Origin: Vulcanimicrobiota bacterium | GTDB taxonomy: Bacteria; Vulcanimicrobiota; Vulcanimicrobiia; Vulcanimicrobiales; Vulcanimicrobiaceae | Direction of reading: 5' to 3' | Assembly (NCBI GenBank): GCA_963833095.1 | Contig: CAWHWQ010000005.1 | Location: forward strand, 128,001-192,000 | Length of the DNA stretch: 64,000 bases | Notes under the pieces: model-generated | What the model saw: the letters and a program-made list of their open reading frames with translations, nothing else | What the model was told of the DNA's origin: nothing | Databases searched by the model: none | In this document: positions 1 to 9,810 of the stretch, piece after piece | How the letters are laid out: each line of letters starts with the position of its first letter | Numbering within the stretch: position 1 is the stretch's first letter | Position numbers and translations under genes: made by a program

Positions 1-499
1 CCACGCCGAGAGGTTCGCGGAAGTGATACGCGACGGTTTCGTCGTCGAGCTGCGTTAGCGCGCCCTCTTCGGCTCGTAGGCATGCCGCGAAATACCGGAA
101 GTGATCGGCTGCAAGCGGGACGTCGGCCCCAAGCGTTTCGCGAATAGGCTTTCCGTTGTCCATCGTCTCGACGCGAGCCAGTACCTGGAGGTTTTCATCG
201 ATTCGATCCGCGATCGCGTTGAGGACCGCGGCGCGCTTCGCAGGCGAGGTCTTCCCCCATGCTCGCTTTGCCGCATGAGCGGCGTCCAGCGCGAGTTCGA
301 TGTCCTTGGGACTCGAACGCGCAAATTCGGCAAGCGGCAGGCCGTTGATCGGGCTGGTATCGACGATATAGCGACCGTCGACCGGCGGCACGAATTTGCC
401 ACCGATGAAGTTATCGTAACGCGGCTTGAGGCAATCGCGTTCGCGCACGAAGGCGAGTGCATCTTGGAACAGATCGCGCGTTTGGGTTGAGGTGGACAC
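1..499 (-). CDS. Aldehyde dehydrogenase (AldB/ExaC-like), 5' part, runs off the window
   Basis: Not in the ORF track. Manual translation from GTG 499 (SD AAGGAG upstream): [11 protein letters not shown]...[20 protein letters not shown]...[37 protein letters not shown]...YHFREPLGV, a typical ALDH N-terminus. Confidence 0.9.
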   Translation of the reverse strand, partial: MSTSTQTRDLFQDALAFVRERDCLKPRYDNFIGGKFVPPVDGRYIVDTSPINGLPLAEFARSSPKDIELALDAAHAAKRAWGKTSPAKRAAVLNAIADRIDENLQVLARVETMDNGKPIRETLGADVPLAADHFRYFAACLRAEEGALTQLDDETVAYHFREPLGV

Positions 500-527
500 T
501 AGAGTCTCCTTCGGTTTTTCTAAAAAG

Positions 528-1631
528 CTACTTGAAAAGAATCAGCGGTTTTAGAACGCCGTCGAGCTTACGATCCATGATGTCGAAGGCTTTGGCCATA
601 TCGCTGAAGTCAAAGGTGTGCGTCGTCAATTTTGTTGGATCGACGGTGCCTTGCTCGAGCAGGCGCAAAAGACGCTTCATTCGCAAACTGCCACCCGGAC
701 AAAGTCCGGTACGAATCGTCTTGTCGGCCATCCCGACGCCCCACGCGACGCGGGGAATCTGTACGTAGTCGCCTGACCCGTGATAGCCAATGTTGGAGAT
801 GGTGCCACCGGGCTTGGTTACATCAACGCACCATTCGAAGGTCTGCTGCGCACCGAGTGCTTCGATCGCCGTGTCGACGCCGATGCCGCCCGTTTCCGCT
901 AGGATCCGCGCGACGGGATCTTCTTTCTTGAAATCGACGACGAGATGCGCGCCATATGCTTTTGCCAGCTCGGCGCGCTTAGGATCGGTCTCGACGGCAA
1001 TAATGAGCCCGGCTCCGCGAAGCTTAGCACCGACCGTCGCCATCAGACCCACGGGTCCTTGCGCGAAAATCGCGACCGTGCCGCCGATCGGAATATTGCC
1101 GTGCTCGGCGCCAAGAAAGCCGGTCGAGAGCATATCGGCACAGTAGACGGCCTGCTCTGACGTAACGCTCTCGGGAATGATCGCCATATTGGCGTCGGCC
1201 TCGTTGACGTGGAAGTATTCGGCGAAGACGCCGTCCTTCACGTTGGCGAATTTCCAACCGGCGAGCGCGCCGCCGGACTGCGACGAGTAGCCGTTTTGCG
1301 CTTCCTGCGAGCCCCAATCGGGGGTGATTGCGCCGACGACCACGCGATCGCCGATCTTGAACTGTTTGACCTCCGCGCCGACCGCGTGCACGATGCCGAC
1401 GGCCTCGTGCCCGAGCGTCAGGTTCTCGCGCGGGCCAACAGCACCGCGTACGGTGTGGGAGTCTGACGTACAGATAAGCGCATGCGTCGTCTTGACGATC
1501 GCATCATTCGGGCCGGGCTGCGGAATAGGTTTGACCAAGAACCCGGTATGCTCGAGGCTGAGCATACAGAAAGCCTTCATCGTCGCTACCGGCGCTTGCG
1601 GTCGCGGCTTTTCGAGTTGTGTTTGAATCAC
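528..1631 (-). CDS. Zn-dependent NAD(P) alcohol dehydrogenase (secondary/isopropanol ADH-like)
   Basis: ICTSDSH, GHEAVG, DMLSTG, GPVGL and LCPGG motifs; SD AAGGAG before GTG. Confidence 0.9.
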   Translation of the reverse strand: MIQTQLEKPRPQAPVATMKAFCMLSLEHTGFLVKPIPQPGPNDAIVKTTHALICTSDSHTVRGAVGPRENLTLGHEAVGIVHAVGAEVKQFKIGDRVVVGAITPDWGSQEAQNGYSSQSGGALAGWKFANVKDGVFAEYFHVNEADANMAIIPESVTSEQAVYCADMLSTGFLGAEHGNIPIGGTVAIFAQGPVGLMATVGAKLRGAGLIIAVETDPKRAELAKAYGAHLVVDFKKEDPVARILAETGGIGVDTAIEALGAQQTFEWCVDVTKPGGTISNIGYHGSGDYVQIPRVAWGVGMADKTIRTGLCPGGSLRMKRLLRLLEQGTVDPTKLTTHTFDFSDMAKAFDIMDRKLDGVLKPLILFK

Positions 1632-1727
1632 TGCAAATTCTCCTTAACAGAGCATCTCCAGTGTAGGCGCGAGAACGGGAAGAACGAGGAAGGCCGTTCT
1701 CGGTTCCTTCCCATTCGGAACTGCGCC

Positions 1728-3002
1728 TTATGTCTTGATGAACCACGACGCGACCGTCCCGGCCGCGCTAGCGAGCATGAGGACGAACGCTAGCCAGAGC
1801 CATACGCGAGCGCTTCGCGAGACGACTTTGTCCTTGAGCACGCGGGGGTCGCTTGCAATGCGGATGATCGCGTAGATCAGCGGGACCGCCGCGACGCCGT
1901 TGAACACCGCCGACCAGAACAACGCTTTGATCGGATCGACGTGGACCACGCCCATGAGCGTGCCGGCCACAACACCGAGGATGATAATGCCGTAGAATCC
2001 GCGCGCGCGCCACGGCTTGACGTCGAGCCCTTCGCGCAATCCCAAGAGTTCGGAAAACATGTACGCCGACGAACCGGCCAGCACCGGGACTGCGAGTAAT
2101 CCGGTCCCGACGATCCCAAGGGTAAAGAGCGCATAGGCGAAGTTTCCGGCCAGCGGACGCAGCGCTTCCGCGGCTTGTTGCGCTGTTGCAATGTTGGCCG
2201 AGCCGTGTGCGCCAATCGTCGATGCAGTGGTCACGATGATGAAAAACATCACCAGATTTGAAAAAATCGCGCCCGTGTTGGCGTCCGCATGAAGGTCGCC
2301 GAGCGAACGCGATTCCAGGTGCGCGTCCTTCTTGCGTGCTTGACGCTCCTCCGCGGTCATTGACGTCTGCCAAAAGAAGAGATATGGCGTAATCGTCGTT
2401 CCGAGCGCGGCCGTAAGCGTCGTCAGCCAGGCGGCATTCCAGCGAACGTGCGGGACAATGGTATTCAAAAGCACGGTCGGCCAATGCGGATGGACGATGA
2501 ACGCGGTGACCACGTAGGCGAGCAGTGAGGCGCACAGCCATTTCATCACATTCGCGAAAGAACGATACTTGAAAAAAACCTCGGCGACGATCACGACCGC
2601 AGCGAAGAAGACCAACCATAGCGTTTGCGGCAAGCGCACGAGCAGATGCGCTGCGGCGGCCATCGCGTCGAGGTCCGCACCGATGTTGAACGTGTTGGCC
2701 AGCCCGACAAGGACTGCAAGCGCTAGGGCAAGCGGCCGCGGCATGCTCCGGGCCAGCGACGACATCAACCCCGCCCCGGTCACGAAGCCAATGCGCGCGC
2801 ACGTGCCGTCGATGACCGCCATCATCGGCGTGGTAATAACGGCCGTCCACAGCATCGAGAACCCAGTCGATGCGCCGGTGATTGAGTAGGTCGCGATTCC
2901 CGAAGGATCGTCGTCGGCTGCGCCGGTGATCAGTCCGGGGCCCAGTGACTTTGCCCAATGTACAATACGGCGCCGGACGTCGGGATTCGCTCGGGTCGTC
3001 AT
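1728..3002 (-). CDS. NRAMP-family divalent metal transporter
   Basis: GPGLITGAADDDPSGIATYS and GTTITPYLFFWQ motifs; many TM helices. Confidence 0.88.
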   Translation of the reverse strand: MTTRANPDVRRRIVHWAKSLGPGLITGAADDDPSGIATYSITGASTGFSMLWTAVITTPMMAVIDGTCARIGFVTGAGLMSSLARSMPRPLALALAVLVGLANTFNIGADLDAMAAAAHLLVRLPQTLWLVFFAAVVIVAEVFFKYRSFANVMKWLCASLLAYVVTAFIVHPHWPTVLLNTIVPHVRWNAAWLTTLTAALGTTITPYLFFWQTSMTAEERQARKKDAHLESRSLGDLHADANTGAIFSNLVMFFIIVTTASTIGAHGSANIATAQQAAEALRPLAGNFAYALFTLGIVGTGLLAVPVLAGSSAYMFSELLGLREGLDVKPWRARGFYGIIILGVVAGTLMGVVHVDPIKALFWSAVFNGVAAVPLIYAIIRIASDPRVLKDKVVSRSARVWLWLAFVLMLASAAGTVASWFIKT

Positions 3003-3050
3003 TCCGTAGTTCTTCCCTTCAGCTTCTTATCCACACGGCATGATGGCCTC

Positions 3051-3530
3051 ATGGCACGACTACATCAGCGCCGCTACCTCAAATGTCCGTACAATCGCGC
3101 GCGCGATTTGCTCGCGGAGTCGATTGCGGATGCGCTCCAAAGGGGCGACGGGCGCCTCTTACACTTAAACTTCGCGTTTCCCGCCGTGATGAGCGTGGAG
3201 CTGGGCAAGGATGTCATCGTCAGCGTCAAGCCGGTCGCGGATCCCATGCACTTCGACGAACCGTGGAATCTGCACTGGGCACCCGTTAGCGGTTTATACC
3301 CGGTTTTCGACGGGATTCTCACCATTCGGGCTGACGAATCCTACGCAAGCGCGATACTCGAACTGGAAGGTACGTACGAGCCGCCGCTCGGGCTTGCCGG
3401 GATGATCTTCGATGCGGTACTCGGTCAGCGCATCGCGCACGAAACGGCACGCGAACTCTTACGCAAGCTCGCCGCAACGATCGAAACGCGATACCGCGTG
3501 ACCGAAGACGAAAAAACGCCGGCGCCCTAG
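3051..3530 (+). CDS. Hypothetical protein, SRPBCC/START-like fold suspected
   Basis: Start moved to ATG 3051 to avoid overlap with NRAMP; C-terminal LEGTYEPPLGLAGMIFDAVLGQRIA motif shared with 7034-7453. Confidence 0.65.
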   Translation: MARLHQRRYLKCPYNRARDLLAESIADALQRGDGRLLHLNFAFPAVMSVELGKDVIVSVKPVADPMHFDEPWNLHWAPVSGLYPVFDGILTIRADESYASAILELEGTYEPPLGLAGMIFDAVLGQRIAHETARELLRKLAATIETRYRVTEDEKTPAP

Positions 3531-4213
3531 GCTTTGCGCATCTTGTAGCCGACGCCGTACACCGTCAGCACGAAGGTCGGTTCGTGCACGTTCGGCTCGA
3601 TTTTTCGGCGCAGGTTGTTGATGTGACGATCGAGGGTCCGCTCGAAAATCGAACCGTCATCACTGAGTTTATCGAGCAGTTGCGAACGCGTTAGCGCGAC
3701 CCCGGCGTTAAGCGCCAACACTTCGAGAAGACGAAATTCCGATGGTGTCAATTGGGTGGGCCGGTTGCCGATGCGCACCTCGTGCGCTTCACCGTCGATC
3801 TCTAAGTCCCCGATGCGAATAATCGAATGCGCACCGCGCGTTTCGGCAGTCGTGCGCGTGCGACGCAAGACCGCCCGAACACGTGCGACCACTTCGCGCG
3901 GCGAAAACGGCTTGGTGACGTAGTCATCGGCACCGATCTCGAGCCCGACAATCCGATCCACCTCGTCGGCGCGCGCCGTGACCACGATTGCCGGGATCCC
4001 GCGGTCGCGCACATCGCGAAGGATGTCGAGTCCGCTACCGTCCGGGAGGGCGACGTCGAGCAACATTAGATCCGGGCGGTTCGCCGCGAGCGCTGCACCT
4101 GCCTCAGCCACCGTGGTGCAGACCGTCGTGGCGAACCCTTCAGCCCGAAGATATTCCGCCAGAACCTCGCCGATCTGCGCCTCATCCTCAACGATCAAGA
4201 TCGTGTCTGCCAC
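3527..4213 (-). CDS. OmpR/PhoB-family response regulator (no adjacent kinase)
   Basis: ILIVEDE, LLDVALP, GADDYVTKPFSPRE, HINNLRRKIE, VYGVGYK; likely GTG start at 4213. Confidence 0.93.
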   Translation of the reverse strand: MADTILIVEDEAQIGEVLAEYLRAEGFATTVCTTVAEAGAALAANRPDLMLLDVALPDGSGLDILRDVRDRGIPAIVVTARADEVDRIVGLEIGADDYVTKPFSPREVVARVRAVLRRTRTTAETRGAHSIIRIGDLEIDGEAHEVRIGNRPTQLTPSEFRLLEVLALNAGVALTRSQLLDKLSDDGSIFERTLDRHINNLRRKIEPNVHEPTFVLTVYGVGYKMRKA

Positions 4214-4288
4214 GCGCCCTCCGAATGTTCCAGATCCCAAGAAGAGACCTTCCTCAAATACGCGCGAGCGGCCCGCTACCTTGGTTTT

Positions 4289-4414
4289 ATGAGCACAGAA
4301 GGCGACCGCGGGGACACGCCGCTCCCCGGAACGTTGACGTTCGTCCTTGGCGTGGGCGTAGCTTTTCTCATCGGATGGTTCGCGTTATTCGTCCTTCTTG
4401 CGGAGCGGTGGTAA
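4289..4414 (+). CDS. cbaD: Cytochrome c oxidase ba3-type subunit IIa (41 aa)
   Basis: Below the ORF-track cut-off. MSTEGDRGDTPLPGTLTFVLGVGVAFLIGWFALFVLLAERW*: one TM helix, stops 1 nt before subunit II, the expected position of subunit IIa. Confidence 0.8.
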   Translation: MSTEGDRGDTPLPGTLTFVLGVGVAFLIGWFALFVLLAERW

Positions 4415-4415
4415 A

Positions 4416-4883
4416 GTGCACGTTCACCGCTACGAACGCTGGTGGATGCTCTTCGGAATAATTATGCTCGTTTTGTTCATGGCGACGATTTTCGTAGCGG
4501 CATTCGCGGACAACATCAATCCACCCGACGGATCCCAAACGATCGATCCGGCGAAAGTCAACACGACGCCGCCGTTCGACCACCCCGGGTTGCGCAACCT
4601 CGGTAACGGGCGCTATGAGGCCTATTACGTCGCGTCGGTCTTCATGTTCACGCCCGCGAAGCTGCAGATTCCCGTCGGCGCAAACGTGACGTTCTACGTC
4701 ACCAGCTCTGACGTGGTTCATGGTTTCGAAATCGCGCAGACCGATGTCAACGCGATGGCGATTCCCGGGTGGGTAAACAGCACGAGTCATACGTTCCGCA
4801 CGGCCGGAACCTATCTGCTGGTGTGCAACGAGTACTGCGGCATTGGGCACCAAAACATGTACGGCACGATCGAGGTTAAATGA
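4416..4883 (+). CDS. cbaB: Cytochrome c oxidase ba3-type subunit II (CuA)
   Basis: Single N-terminal TM; SSDVVHGF and CNEYCGIGHQNM CuA motif; GTG start at 4416. Confidence 0.93.
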   Translation: MHVHRYERWWMLFGIIMLVLFMATIFVAAFADNINPPDGSQTIDPAKVNTTPPFDHPGLRNLGNGRYEAYYVASVFMFTPAKLQIPVGANVTFYVTSSDVVHGFEIAQTDVNAMAIPGWVNSTSHTFRTAGTYLLVCNEYCGIGHQNMYGTIEVK

Positions 4884-6517
4884 TGCGAGCAAGCGCGTCT
4901 TTGGAGGCCCAGAACCGCGTCGTTCTGGCCCACATTTACACCGCAACGATCGCGGTGTGCCTTGGCGCCGTCTTTGGCGTATTGCAAGGTTTTTCGCGTG
5001 CCGGCGCGATCGACGCGCCCGCGTGGTTCGACTATTACCGGATGTTGACCGCGCACGGCGTGCTGATGGCACTCGTCTTTACGACATTCTTTATCACGGG
5101 CTTCACGCTCTTTGCCACCTATCGGACGATTGCGCGCCCGGACCGCAGGCAAGCAGTTGGGTGGATCGGCTGGTGGATGATGCTGCTCGGCACCGCTACC
5201 GCCGCGATCACGATTTTGAGCGGCAATGCGACGGTGCTCTATACGTTTTATGCACCCCTCAAGGCAAGCCCCGCGTTTTATCTCGGCGCTACGCTGCTCG
5301 TGCTTGGGACGTGGGTCGTCGCCTTCGAGATATTCGAAAACGCCTATTACTATCGCCGGAATAACCCTGGGAAGCCGCTTCCCCTTCCGGTCTTCATGGC
5401 GTCCGCAACGTTCCTGATGTGGATCATCGCCACGCTGGGCGTCGTCGCCGAGATGGCGTTGCTCATTCCATGGTCGTTCGGCTGGACGCCCGGCGTCAAC
5501 GTCATGCTCACGCGCATGTTGTTCTGGTACTTCGGGCATCCGCTCGTGTACTTCTGGATCATGGGTGCATACATCATTTGGTATACGGTCATACCCACGC
5601 GATACGCTGGAAATATTTTCAGCGACGGGCTTGCGCGCCTCACGTTCCTGATGTTGTTGCTACTTTCTACGCCCGTCGGCATCCACCATGAGTTCACCGA
5701 GCCCGGCATCGCCTCGAATTGGAAGCTCTTGCACATGGTGATGACCTACGGCGTCGCGATCCCGTCGTTCCTCACCGCTTTTGCGATCTTCGCCTCGTTC
5801 GAATTGGCTGCGATCAAGCAGGGCAAACGCGGCTTCGTTGCGACCGTCCGTTCGCTTCCGTGGAATGACCCGTTCTTCTCGGCCGCCGGATACGGCATGC
5901 TGCTCTTTATCCTCGGCGGATTCGGCGGCATGGTGAACGCCTCGTACAGCATGGATACGTTGGTGCACAACACGATCTGGATCGTCGGCCACTTCCATGT
6001 CACCGTCGGCGGCCCCGTCGCGCTGACGTTCATTGGCGCGACCTACTGGCTGATCCCACGGCTCACAGGGCGTGAACTGTGGGGCCGCAGCATCGCGCTC
6101 TGGCAAACGCGCTTGTGGTTCATCGGCATGCTGGTGATGTCGCTTTCGATGCACTATGCCGGATTGCTCGGCGCGCCACGCCGAACTGCGTCCGTTGCCT
6201 ACGCGGGCGCGTCGGTCGCTCAGTCCTGGGAGCCCGCGATGTTGCTCGCCGCGGCAGGCGGGGCGATTCTTTTCATCAGCATCTGCTTCTTTGCCGCCGT
6301 CGCGATCGGCACGTTGTTCCAAAACGAGAAGACGCACGATATGAGCGCCGATTTCGCCGTCGCGGCGCCTGGGAGCGAGCGCGCTCCGGCGATGTTCGAA
6401 CACCTCTTCCGTTGGGGCCTCGTTGCGCTTATCCTAGCCATTCTCGCCTACAGCGGTCCGTTCATCGAACTCTTTCATAGCAACGCGTTCCTCGCACCCG
6501 GCATGCGCACGTGGTAA
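4880..6517 (+). CDS. cbaA: Cytochrome c oxidase ba3-type (B-family) subunit I
   Basis: TAHGVLMAL, WYFGHPLVYFW, GIHH, GHFH and GAPRRT haem-copper motifs. Confidence 0.95.
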   Translation: MMRASASLEAQNRVVLAHIYTATIAVCLGAVFGVLQGFSRAGAIDAPAWFDYYRMLTAHGVLMALVFTTFFITGFTLFATYRTIARPDRRQAVGWIGWWMMLLGTATAAITILSGNATVLYTFYAPLKASPAFYLGATLLVLGTWVVAFEIFENAYYYRRNNPGKPLPLPVFMASATFLMWIIATLGVVAEMALLIPWSFGWTPGVNVMLTRMLFWYFGHPLVYFWIMGAYIIWYTVIPTRYAGNIFSDGLARLTFLMLLLLSTPVGIHHEFTEPGIASNWKLLHMVMTYGVAIPSFLTAFAIFASFELAAIKQGKRGFVATVRSLPWNDPFFSAAGYGMLLFILGGFGGMVNASYSMDTLVHNTIWIVGHFHVTVGGPVALTFIGATYWLIPRLTGRELWGRSIALWQTRLWFIGMLVMSLSMHYAGLLGAPRRTASVAYAGASVAQSWEPAMLLAAAGGAILFISICFFAAVAIGTLFQNEKTHDMSADFAVAAPGSERAPAMFEHLFRWGLVALILAILAYSGPFIELFHSNAFLAPGMRTW

Positions 6518-6536
6518 TCGCAAAAGGAGACACATC

Positions 6537-7028
6537 ATGTTCACTACCATTCTCGTCGCCGTCGACGAATCCGATGCGTCCGGCACGGCACTCGATCTCG
6601 CGCGTCGCCTCGCCAAAGAAGACACCGCGAACCTGCTCTTAGTCAACGTCGTCGACGTTTCCAAGTACCTCCTCGTCTGCGGCTACGAGACGCCTTACCC
6701 GGTCGACACGATCCAGGTGATGCGAGACGCCGGCGCCGATATGCTCGGTGCCGCAAAGGCGCAGTGCGAGGCCGACGGCGTATCTGCGGAAACCGTCGCA
6801 GCCGAAGGCGACACATGCGACGAGATCCTGCGCATCGCAGGCGACAACCGCGTTGGACTGATTTGCATGGGTACGCACGGGCGAAAAGGTCTTGCCCATC
6901 TCTTCGTCGGTAGCGTTGCCGAGGGCATCCTGCGCCGCGCGAACGTGCCGGTCATTGTGACGCGCCCGGCCCAAAAACACGCGCACGACATCGACCGCCG
7001 CACGACTGCAGCGGTCACGGCAGCATAA
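6537..7028 (+). CDS. Universal stress protein
   Basis: ILVAVDES and MGTHGRKG...GSVAEGILRRANVPVIV; SD AGGAG. Confidence 0.92.
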   Translation: MFTTILVAVDESDASGTALDLARRLAKEDTANLLLVNVVDVSKYLLVCGYETPYPVDTIQVMRDAGADMLGAAKAQCEADGVSAETVAAEGDTCDEILRIAGDNRVGLICMGTHGRKGLAHLFVGSVAEGILRRANVPVIVTRPAQKHAHDIDRRTTAAVTAA

Positions 7029-7033
7029 GCGAC

Positions 7034-7453
7034 GTGCACCCCGGCAACCGAATCATTCGGGTGGACGCGTTCGCTCGGTGTCCATTCTCCGATGCGATCG
7101 AGCGGGCAGAGGCCTTCCTTGCGCAAGCGGCGGAGCGCGGACGCATCCAGGAATTGATCGTCGAAAGCGAAGTCAACGCGCTCGTCGTCGAGGATTATAC
7201 CGATAGCGTACGGCGCCACGAGGCGCTGGAGTTTCACTGGCGTCCGCGTTCCTCGCTATTCCCCGACGGTCACGCTCTTCTAACCGTGCGCCCTCACGCG
7301 CCGCAAGGCGCGCAATTGCAGCTCAGCATCGCGTATACGCCGCCATTCGGCGGTGCCGGCCGGCTGTTCGACGCGTGCATCGGACGACACATCGCATGGA
7401 TTACAACCGGCCTGCTCCTGCGCCGTCTGCGACGCGAAGTCGAGCGGCTATAG
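7034..7453 (+). CDS. Hypothetical protein, paralog of 3051-3530
   Basis: YTPPFGGAGRLFDACIGRHIA motif; follows USP by 5 nt. Confidence 0.6.
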   Translation: MHPGNRIIRVDAFARCPFSDAIERAEAFLAQAAERGRIQELIVESEVNALVVEDYTDSVRRHEALEFHWRPRSSLFPDGHALLTVRPHAPQGAQLQLSIAYTPPFGGAGRLFDACIGRHIAWITTGLLLRRLRREVERL

Positions 7454-8035
7454 CCACCAATGCGCGCCGAGCGCCATATTGAAGGTCGCGGCATACGTGC
7501 AGTACATCAGCCAGATCCCGGTCACCAGGTGGAAGAACCCGAGCGGCTTGGAGGAGTGGACTACGCCGAACCGTTCCAACCCCTCCGAGATGTACACGAG
7601 CACGAGACCCAAGAAGATCAGCGCTACCGGGATGTCTCCCGCCGTCCAAAAGACGAGGAGGCCCAACAGTGAGATCAAGGTAAACGCGATCGTCATCCAC
7701 CCGTCGGGCCCTGCGTCGCCGGCGATCAAGCGGCGTCCAGCCAGCGCAAACCAATGCACGCCGTAGGCCGTGAAGGCAAGCCCCGCCATATAGAGCGGCG
7801 CGCCCTTGAACACTTGAAACCAGGTTAATCCGACGAAAATGTATGTGCCGGCGACCAACTGCATGAAGCCGGGCATCCACACACCCCACAACCCCATGCT
7901 CCGGTCGACCTCCGGTGTCGAACGCGGCCAGCCGAAGAACTCTTGACCGCCGAAAATAAAATAGCCCGTGCCAAGCCCGAAAAAGCCAATCGCCAACGGC
8001 ACGTACGCTGACGGCTGGAGTGCGAACGTAGACAT
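7448..8035 (-). CDS. Six-TM small-solute channel (AmiS/UreI or SatP/GPR1-like)
   Basis: About 6 hydrophobic helices, PGFMQLVAG segment; exact family uncertain. Confidence 0.55.
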   Translation of the reverse strand: MSTFALQPSAYVPLAIGFFGLGTGYFIFGGQEFFGWPRSTPEVDRSMGLWGVWMPGFMQLVAGTYIFVGLTWFQVFKGAPLYMAGLAFTAYGVHWFALAGRRLIAGDAGPDGWMTIAFTLISLLGLLVFWTAGDIPVALIFLGLVLVYISEGLERFGVVHSSKPLGFFHLVTGIWLMYCTYAATFNMALGAHWWL

Positions 8036-8083
8036 GGGCGAATTGTACCGCAGGACGGCACGGCCTAAACCGGCCGCGGCTGC

Positions 8084-9085
8084 CTAGGAAACGTGCAAAA
8101 CGGCTGCCCCCCGCAGCTCGTCATGCTTGAGCATCGAGAGCGCGCGGTTGGCTTCGTCAAGCGCCATCGGCACGGTGAAGCTCTTGATCGGGATCTCGCC
8201 CGCGATCCGCAAAAACTCTTCGCCATCGGCGCGCGTGTTGGCCGTAACGCTGCGCAGTTCGCGTTCGTAGAACAGCTCGCGTTCGTAGTTGAGCGGCGGG
8301 ATGTCGGAGAGATAGATCCCGGCGATAGCTAAAATGCCGCCGCGATCGAGCGCGCGCAGAGCGGGCGGTACCAGTTGACCGGCGGGTGCAAACATAATGC
8401 CCGCATCGAGCGGTTTGGGCGGCGTATCCTCCGCTTCGCCGATCCAGTCGGCGCCGAGCTCATTTGCGAGATCCCGATGGATCCCGGCTCGGCTCATCAC
8501 GTAGACGGTGCACTTCCAATGCTTGAGTACCTGGAGCGCAAGATGCGCCGAACCGCCGAAACCATATAGCCCAACCGTCATACCGGGCTGCACGCCGGCC
8601 CGCTTGATCGCGCGAAAACCGATGATTCCCGCGCACAGCAGCGGCGACGCTGCTTCGTCGCCGATCGCGTCGGGCAGTGCGTACGCGTACGCCTCGCGCA
8701 CGGTTGCGAACTCAGCGTAACCGCCGTTGTGATCCCAGCCGGTAAAGCGCGCGTTCGGGCAAAGATTCTCTCGCTTGCGCAGGCAGAATTTACACGAACC
8801 GTCGGTTTCGCGCAGCCACGCGATCCCGACGCGATCGCCGAGCTTGAACCGCGCGCATGCGGCGCCCATGCGCTCCACGACGCCGACGACTTCGTGACCT
8901 GGAACGATCGAGGGATGTTTGGGCGGCAGGTCACCCTCGCTGACGTGCAGATCGGTTCGGCAGACGCCGCAGGTGCGCACGCGCACGAGCAGTTCGTCGT
9001 CCGCCGGCACGGGTTGCGCGAGATCTCTGAGCACAAGCGGATTGGTTTCGATCTGAGCCGGCTGCTCAAGCACCATGGCGCGCAT
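8084..9085 (-). CDS. Zn-dependent alcohol dehydrogenase
   Basis: CGVCRTDLH, PGHEVVG, structural-Zn region (DGSCKFC...NLC), LLCAGIIG, GFGGSAH; start MRAMVLE at 9085. Confidence 0.92.
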   Translation of the reverse strand: MRAMVLEQPAQIETNPLVLRDLAQPVPADDELLVRVRTCGVCRTDLHVSEGDLPPKHPSIVPGHEVVGVVERMGAACARFKLGDRVGIAWLRETDGSCKFCLRKRENLCPNARFTGWDHNGGYAEFATVREAYAYALPDAIGDEAASPLLCAGIIGFRAIKRAGVQPGMTVGLYGFGGSAHLALQVLKHWKCTVYVMSRAGIHRDLANELGADWIGEAEDTPPKPLDAGIMFAPAGQLVPPALRALDRGGILAIAGIYLSDIPPLNYERELFYERELRSVTANTRADGEEFLRIAGEIPIKSFTVPMALDEANRALSMLKHDELRGAAVLHVS

Positions 9086-9141
9086 TCCCAGCGTTTCGCG
9101 AGAACGGAGAGCTCCCACCTGTGGCCGAAATGGCCGAGCTG

Positions 9142-9759
9142 ATGTGCGGACGTTTTACTCTGACCGACCCCCTAAGCATCAGCGCACGGTATCCCCGGTA
9201 TCGCTTCGAGGAATTCAGCGACTATCGCTTACCGCGCTTTAACATCGCGCCGACGCAAGCCGTGCTCGGCGTCCGAAACGACGGTAAGAACGAAGTGATT
9301 CCGCTAGAGTGGGGCATCGACGGACGCATTAACGCGCGCGCCGAGACGGTCACCTCACGTCCGCTGGCTTTTCGCTGCATCATTTTTGCCGACGGCTTCT
9401 ACGAGTGGCGCGGCCGCAAGCCCGTCTATTTCACGATGAAGGACGAGCGTGTCTTTGCTTTTGCCGGCATCTGGACGCCGGTTACGGAGGGACCGGCGCC
9501 GTGCGCGATCGTCACGTGTCCGCCCAACGAATTGGTTGCCCGCGTGCACGACCGAATGCCGGCAATCCTGAGCGATGACAGCCTGGATGCATGGCTCACC
9601 GAGCGCGATATGGCTCCAGCACTTGCCCGAGCACTAATACAACCATACGATCCGAGCCTTATGCAGGCGCGTGACGCCTCGATGCGACTAAATAACGCGC
9701 GCTATGATGATCCGAAAGTCCTAGTCGACGACGACCCGGTCCAAAGGTCACTTTTCTAA
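9142..9759 (+). CDS. SOS response-associated peptidase (SRAP/YedK/HMCES)
   Basis: N-terminal MCGRF; FNIAPTQ, INARAET, DGFYEW and HDRMPAIL motifs. Confidence 0.92.
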   Translation: MCGRFTLTDPLSISARYPRYRFEEFSDYRLPRFNIAPTQAVLGVRNDGKNEVIPLEWGIDGRINARAETVTSRPLAFRCIIFADGFYEWRGRKPVYFTMKDERVFAFAGIWTPVTEGPAPCAIVTCPPNELVARVHDRMPAILSDDSLDAWLTERDMAPALARALIQPYDPSLMQARDASMRLNNARYDDPKVLVDDDPVQRSLF

Positions 9760-9810
9760 CAACAAGAACGCTTACACCAACAGGTGTTCCGCTGTGGGGG
9801 ATTCTCAAGG

